Origin: Candidatus Uhrbacteria bacterium
Lineage (GTDB): Bacteria; Patescibacteriota; Patescibacteriia; UBA9934; GWF2-40-263
Length of the DNA stretch: 64,000 nucleotides
Reading direction: 5' to 3'
Assembly: GCA_016844925.1 (NCBI GenBank)
Contig: JAERTI010000038.1
Span: 2,936-66,935 of the forward strand
The notes beneath the pieces were generated by a model. It was given only the letters and a program-made list of their open reading frames with translations. It did not search any database and was not told the DNA's origin. Of the stretch, positions 60,326-64,000 are shown in pieces. The stretch's first letter is position 1. Each line of letters opens with the position of its first letter. Made by a program: the position numbers and the translations under genes.

Positions 60326-61135
60326 ATGGCGATTAGTAGAATGCGTAGCACACTTGGAAAAACAACGCTTGGTGCGTTGGGGGTTGTTTGGTTGGGAGTT
60401 CAACCTCCTGAGGCAAAACCACTCACGCTTGAGGGGGAGGAGCAGATGGCACAGGTTTTGAATGAACTTGATGATTTAACGAGTGTCGCTAGAGAGGCTC
60501 TCGACATGATGGACGAGGGGGTGTTTGAGCGCGCCCAAGGATCGTTTGGTTCTAAGGAACAAGTTGGGAGGTTGCTCAAGAATACACCTGGGGCGTTTAA
60601 GAATATGCTTAAGGCCGGTTCGGTAAGAACAATGGATGCCTCATATATGGCTGGGAAAACACGTAGCGCTCTAGCATCCGGAGTGCTCACACCTTGGGAG
60701 AGTGATGATGTGGTGGTGATCCCTTGGGATGAAGAAAAGAAAAAGATTATTGTGCAGGGCGGAGATTCTCTTCCAGCCGTGCTTGCCCATGAGTACACAC
60801 ATTTTATCGTTGGCCCGCATTCGTTCTCCTATCTTGTCGACGTCCATGAAGATACAGAACGAACGTCCGCAGAGTGGACTGCTCTAGCTCGTGAGCATGG
60901 AGATGTTCCATACCTTGTCGGTGACTTGCTTTGGTTGTTGGATGAATGGAGCGAGAATCGTCGTGATAACGAGGGAGATCTGACCTATCTAGATATGGCA
61001 GAGGTTTTTGGAATTGATCATGAGGAGGCCGAAGTGCTTGCCGAGCGGATCCAGGAATTGTCTCGCGAGCGCGATCAGGAGCGCCTTGCTGAGGTGCGAC
61101 GGAGTGAGGGGGCATCGAGACTATCAAGAAAATAA
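60326..61135 (+). CDS. Exported HEXXH protein
   Basis: Hydrophobic N-terminal segment; LAHEYTH. Confidence 0.6.
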   Translation: MAISRMRSTLGKTTLGALGVVWLGVQPPEAKPLTLEGEEQMAQVLNELDDLTSVAREALDMMDEGVFERAQGSFGSKEQVGRLLKNTPGAFKNMLKAGSVRTMDASYMAGKTRSALASGVLTPWESDDVVVIPWDEEKKKIIVQGGDSLPAVLAHEYTHFIVGPHSFSYLVDVHEDTERTSAEWTALAREHGDVPYLVGDLLWLLDEWSENRRDNEGDLTYLDMAEVFGIDHEEAEVLAERIQELSRERDQERLAEVRRSEGASRLSRK

Positions 61136-61160
61136 AAAGACCCACCAGGGAGTTGGTGGG

Positions 61161-61775
61161 TTAGAAGATCGTGCGATAGATGGTTGCGGGCCTCGTCGGT
61201 GTCGGGCGCTTTTCTTTGGTGTCCCACACCAAACCCTTGCGCTGCATGCGCAGGACGCGCTTGCGGAAGTTGGAGTGGTCCAGCGAAACATCCAGGATGC
61301 TCTCATAGACGCGTCGGAGTTCTGTGGCGGTAAAACCGTCACGACTCACGAAGCGGAAAGCTGTCACGCCCCGGCCGTGGGCCAGGTCTTCCTTGAGGAA
61401 GTCAAGGGCTTTTCTCAGTGCCTCGTTTCCCTTGTGGTCCTTGGTTGGCATCCTTGAGACATCTTTCCAGCAGAGGAATCGAAACTCGTGCTGGACGGAG
61501 TAGGGCTCTCCGATCATCAGTGGGTAGATGGTCATTCGGCCGGAGTTGTCAGCGGCCACAGACACGTGTCCTGAGAAGCGGAGGCGACCCTCCAGGCTCA
61601 GGTGGTTGTTGTGTTGGAGCATGGGCTCCAGGGGGCCTTCTGTCCAGTGGTGCTCCGGCCACCGTACGGGTTCGTCGGGAGGGTCGTTCAGCAGCACTCG
61701 CAGGGAAGGTTCCTTACCGTTCAGTCGAACATTGGCAACAGCGAGGCAGATGGTCTTGATCAAGACTTGCGCCAT
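61161..61775 (-). CDS. NrtR-like regulator (degenerate Nudix plus wHTH)
   Basis: FTATELRRVYESIL...SNFRKRV...RPATIYR; promoter at 61812..61840. Confidence 0.8.
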   Translation of the reverse strand: MAQVLIKTICLAVANVRLNGKEPSLRVLLNDPPDEPVRWPEHHWTEGPLEPMLQHNNHLSLEGRLRFSGHVSVAADNSGRMTIYPLMIGEPYSVQHEFRFLCWKDVSRMPTKDHKGNEALRKALDFLKEDLAHGRGVTAFRFVSRDGFTATELRRVYESILDVSLDHSNFRKRVLRMQRKGLVWDTKEKRPTPTRPATIYRTIF

Positions 61776-61869
61776 GGCAGTCCCTTTCTCTCCGCGGTAG
61801 GCGAAGATTTGAACCTACTGTGTGTAGTTGATTATGTCAATAAAAAATCCCACCGTGGCGTTTGGTGGG

Positions 61870-62439
61870 TTACTTGGTGGTCTTGAGTGAATCGTAGCCT
61901 GACTCCACGACCTCAAACAGGCTGATGCAGGTTTCGCGCGCCTGTTCCTCTGAGAGGTCGACGATGGACACGCTGGCACGGAGAAGGTCCATGGCGTCCT
62001 TGATCTTGTGCTTGCGTGCAGCACGTTCAGGGCCGGGCTTCATCTTCGCCGCGGACATGCTGGAGATGTGCAGCGACAGCGTGTAGTCCGTCTCGAGGCT
62101 GGCACGGCGAGTTGGGTCCAACAGGTCTTCGGTGCACCCTTGAATGAACGCGTCCTTGGATTCTTGCGCCCATTGCGACATGGCTGTCGCGAGTGACCGG
62201 ACATCTTGTCTGATCTGTTCTCGCGAGTAGCGAGCTTCCGCTTGCTCTTGTCTGTACCACTCGATCTCTTCTCCGAGCTCAGCGGTGGTGTCGCTGCTGC
62301 GCGCTGATTGGAACTTCAGCACGCTGGCTTTTCGACGGATGTCCTGCAGCTCATGCCAGCTCAGTAGCGCCGTGATGAGGATGATCACGATCATCGTCGA
62401 CAGGCGCCAGTACGGCAGCCTTTGGTGCCTAGCGGACAC
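61870..62439 (-). CDS. Single-TM coiled-coil orphan (start GTG 62439 or ATG 62394)
   Basis: MIVIILITALL TM followed by helical region; coupled to the upstream gene. Confidence 0.6.
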   Translation of the reverse strand: MSARHQRLPYWRLSTMIVIILITALLSWHELQDIRRKASVLKFQSARSSDTTAELGEEIEWYRQEQAEARYSREQIRQDVRSLATAMSQWAQESKDAFIQGCTEDLLDPTRRASLETDYTLSLHISSMSAAKMKPGPERAARKHKIKDAMDLLRASVSIVDLSEEQARETCISLFEVVESGYDSLKTTK

Positions 62440-62812
62440 TGGACTCGTCCAGCAAGATGGGCTCGATAGCCAGGCAGACGCGGAGTCGGTCTGCCCCCTT
62501 GGGGTTCTCCAGCTGAGCGAAGTGCTGTGTCTCGACGATGGCGTTGTCGAGTTCGATGACCAGCTGGGGGGTGCCGTGCTGGTAGATCTGGTCCGTGAGA
62601 TCCTCGAGGTACTCCAGGTGCATCTGCGCGCCGTTGTCCGGGTCTTCGAAGAAGATCTGGCCACAGCGATGGAGGAACATCTTGGCGTTCTCGGACGCTG
62701 GGATGATCACCTTGTCTGCAGGTGGCGACGCAGCGTGTTGCGGGGAGTGTGATTCCAGCAGGAGGAACAAGCACAGGGGCAGCAGGTAAAGGAACGAGGG
62801 GAAGGGGCGCAT
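62429..62812 (-). CDS. Exported orphan protein
   Basis: Signal-like N-terminus; two Cys; GAAAGG upstream. Confidence 0.65.
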   Translation of the reverse strand: MRPFPSFLYLLPLCLFLLLESHSPQHAASPPADKVIIPASENAKMFLHRCGQIFFEDPDNGAQMHLEYLEDLTDQIYQHGTPQLVIELDNAIVETQHFAQLENPKGADRLRVCLAIEPILLDESSVR

Positions 62813-62946
62813 GGCGACCTTTCTCTGCGCGGTGAATTCGGCAGATGATGAGGGTGCCAGTCAGCGAGTCTTTTGTCAATGGAAATAGAAGAACCCTCGC
62901 GACACAGGGACGAGAGAGTCCTTCTGTGCGAGGGTTTCGCGTGTGC

Positions 62947-63372
62947 CTAGGCTCGGACGAGTCCGAGCTGGATCATCTCACCGAGGCTGATGCCCCGGCG
63001 GCGGGTGTGCGCGGTGTGCGCGTCCCACTTTCCGGTCACCCAGAGGGTGCCCAGCCGCACGTACTCGGGGACGTAGACGCCCTCGGGCTTGAACGTGGTG
63101 TGCTTGGCCGGGATCTGGTACATCGGCCCCTTCCAGCTGCGGTAGTCATTGACGTACACCGTGTAGCCGGCGGCGTGCAGGCCAGCCATGAAGCTGATCA
63201 CGCAGCAGTGGCGCGGGAGAACCACGCCGGTGCCCATGAAGTACTCCAGCTGCGGGTCGATCCGCACCTTGGGCTTGCCGTACCGGTTCACCATGATGGT
63301 GCGCTCGCTCCACGGGCGTCCGCCGCGGATGATGGTGACGTCCTTGCGGTTGGTCTTGTTGGTCTTGCTCAT
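62947..63372 (-). CDS. Basic orphan protein, 141 aa
   Basis: Strong G/C third positions; GAGGT SD; TTGACA-N17-TATCCT at 63603..63631. Confidence 0.7.
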   Translation of the reverse strand: MSKTNKTNRKDVTIIRGGRPWSERTIMVNRYGKPKVRIDPQLEYFMGTGVVLPRHCCVISFMAGLHAAGYTVYVNDYRSWKGPMYQIPAKHTTFKPEGVYVPEYVRLGTLWVTGKWDAHTAHTRRRGISLGEMIQLGLVRA

Positions 63373-63678
63373 GTTCTCAACCTCTTGCGAGGGGGCGGCA
63401 CTTGCGCGCTGCCCATGTTGGGTGTGTGGCCCGGAGGCCGCGGAGCGACTTGGGTGAGGCCGCGTTCCATGAGGTCATCAGCAGTAGATAAGATGACGCT
63501 CAACCCACATGTGAGAAACTCTGTCTATGCAGACGTTTCCTTCTGAATCATTGCCGTTGCAAATTGCTTGTGTGCATATATTGCAGGCAATGTCAGCTGA
63601 CGAGGATAGCGGAAAAACAGGCTTTTGTCAACCGTCTGTGTCTGTTAAACTGGGCGGGAGATTCATAAAAATGATCGT

Positions 63679-64000
63679 ATGTTTGAACTACCAGAACTTC
63701 CATTTGAAAAAGATGCCTTGGGTGACTGGACGAGTGCTGAGACACTTGAGTATCACCACGGGAAACATCACGCTGGCTACGTAAAGAAATTGAACGGGGC
63801 TGTGCTTGGAAACGAGTTTGAGGGGCAGGAGCTTCTTGAGGTAATTGCTGGCTCTCGTGATCGAAATCAAAAAGTGTTCAACTTGGCAGCACAGCATTAC
63901 AACCACAGCTTTTTCTGGAATGGGCTGACGGGGGAGACAGGTGCTCTTGAGGGCGCACTTGCCGAAGCGATTGATCGCGATTTCGGATCATTGGACGAGT
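63679..64000 (+). CDS. sodB: Fe/Mn superoxide dismutase, N-terminal part
   Basis: Hand-translated MFELPELP...HHGKHHAGYV...FNLAAQHYNHSFFW; AAQ is the Fe-type signature. Confidence 0.9.
   Translation, partial: MFELPELPFEKDALGDWTSAETLEYHHGKHHAGYVKKLNGAVLGNEFEGQELLEVIAGSRDRNQKVFNLAAQHYNHSFFWNGLTGETGALEGALAEAIDRDFGSLDE

Overview
Chromosomal window of a Patescibacteria (CPR) bacterium, most likely Parcubacteria/ABY1 (Uhrbacteria-like). This is an inference from GlyQS-type GlyRS, an 'MSQDNLI' L33, 'LLGAGC' lipoprotein signals and a 'GxILLQVExxGEAW' repeat surface protein. It carries housekeeping genes (holB, frr, glyQS, tpiA, rpmG, typA, ndh, sod, four tRNAs) and many accessory genes. The main pattern is two interleaved gene classes. 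Class A (native) genes have moderate GC, very short A/T-rich leaders and no Shine-Dalgarno (SD). Class B genes (about 20) have strongly G/C-ending codons, mostly a canonical SD, often their own TTGAC(A/C)-N17-(-10) promoter and a hairpin-rich leader, and sit between native terminators. The extreme class B case is a >5.6 kb minus-strand unit (1..5628) of orphan ORFs whose spacers are tiled with hairpins, including a covarying 39-nt hairpin family. Other highlights are a Fur-family-boxed operon (His-rich CobW, CooC-like ATPase, PLP decarboxylase, cysteine synthase-rhodanese, CxxC peptide, Fur), a CoaB-aldolase II-GNAT-Nudix fusion, and a class III cyclase with non-canonical specificity residues. 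All calls come from reading motifs by eye; no searches were run and no GC values were computed.
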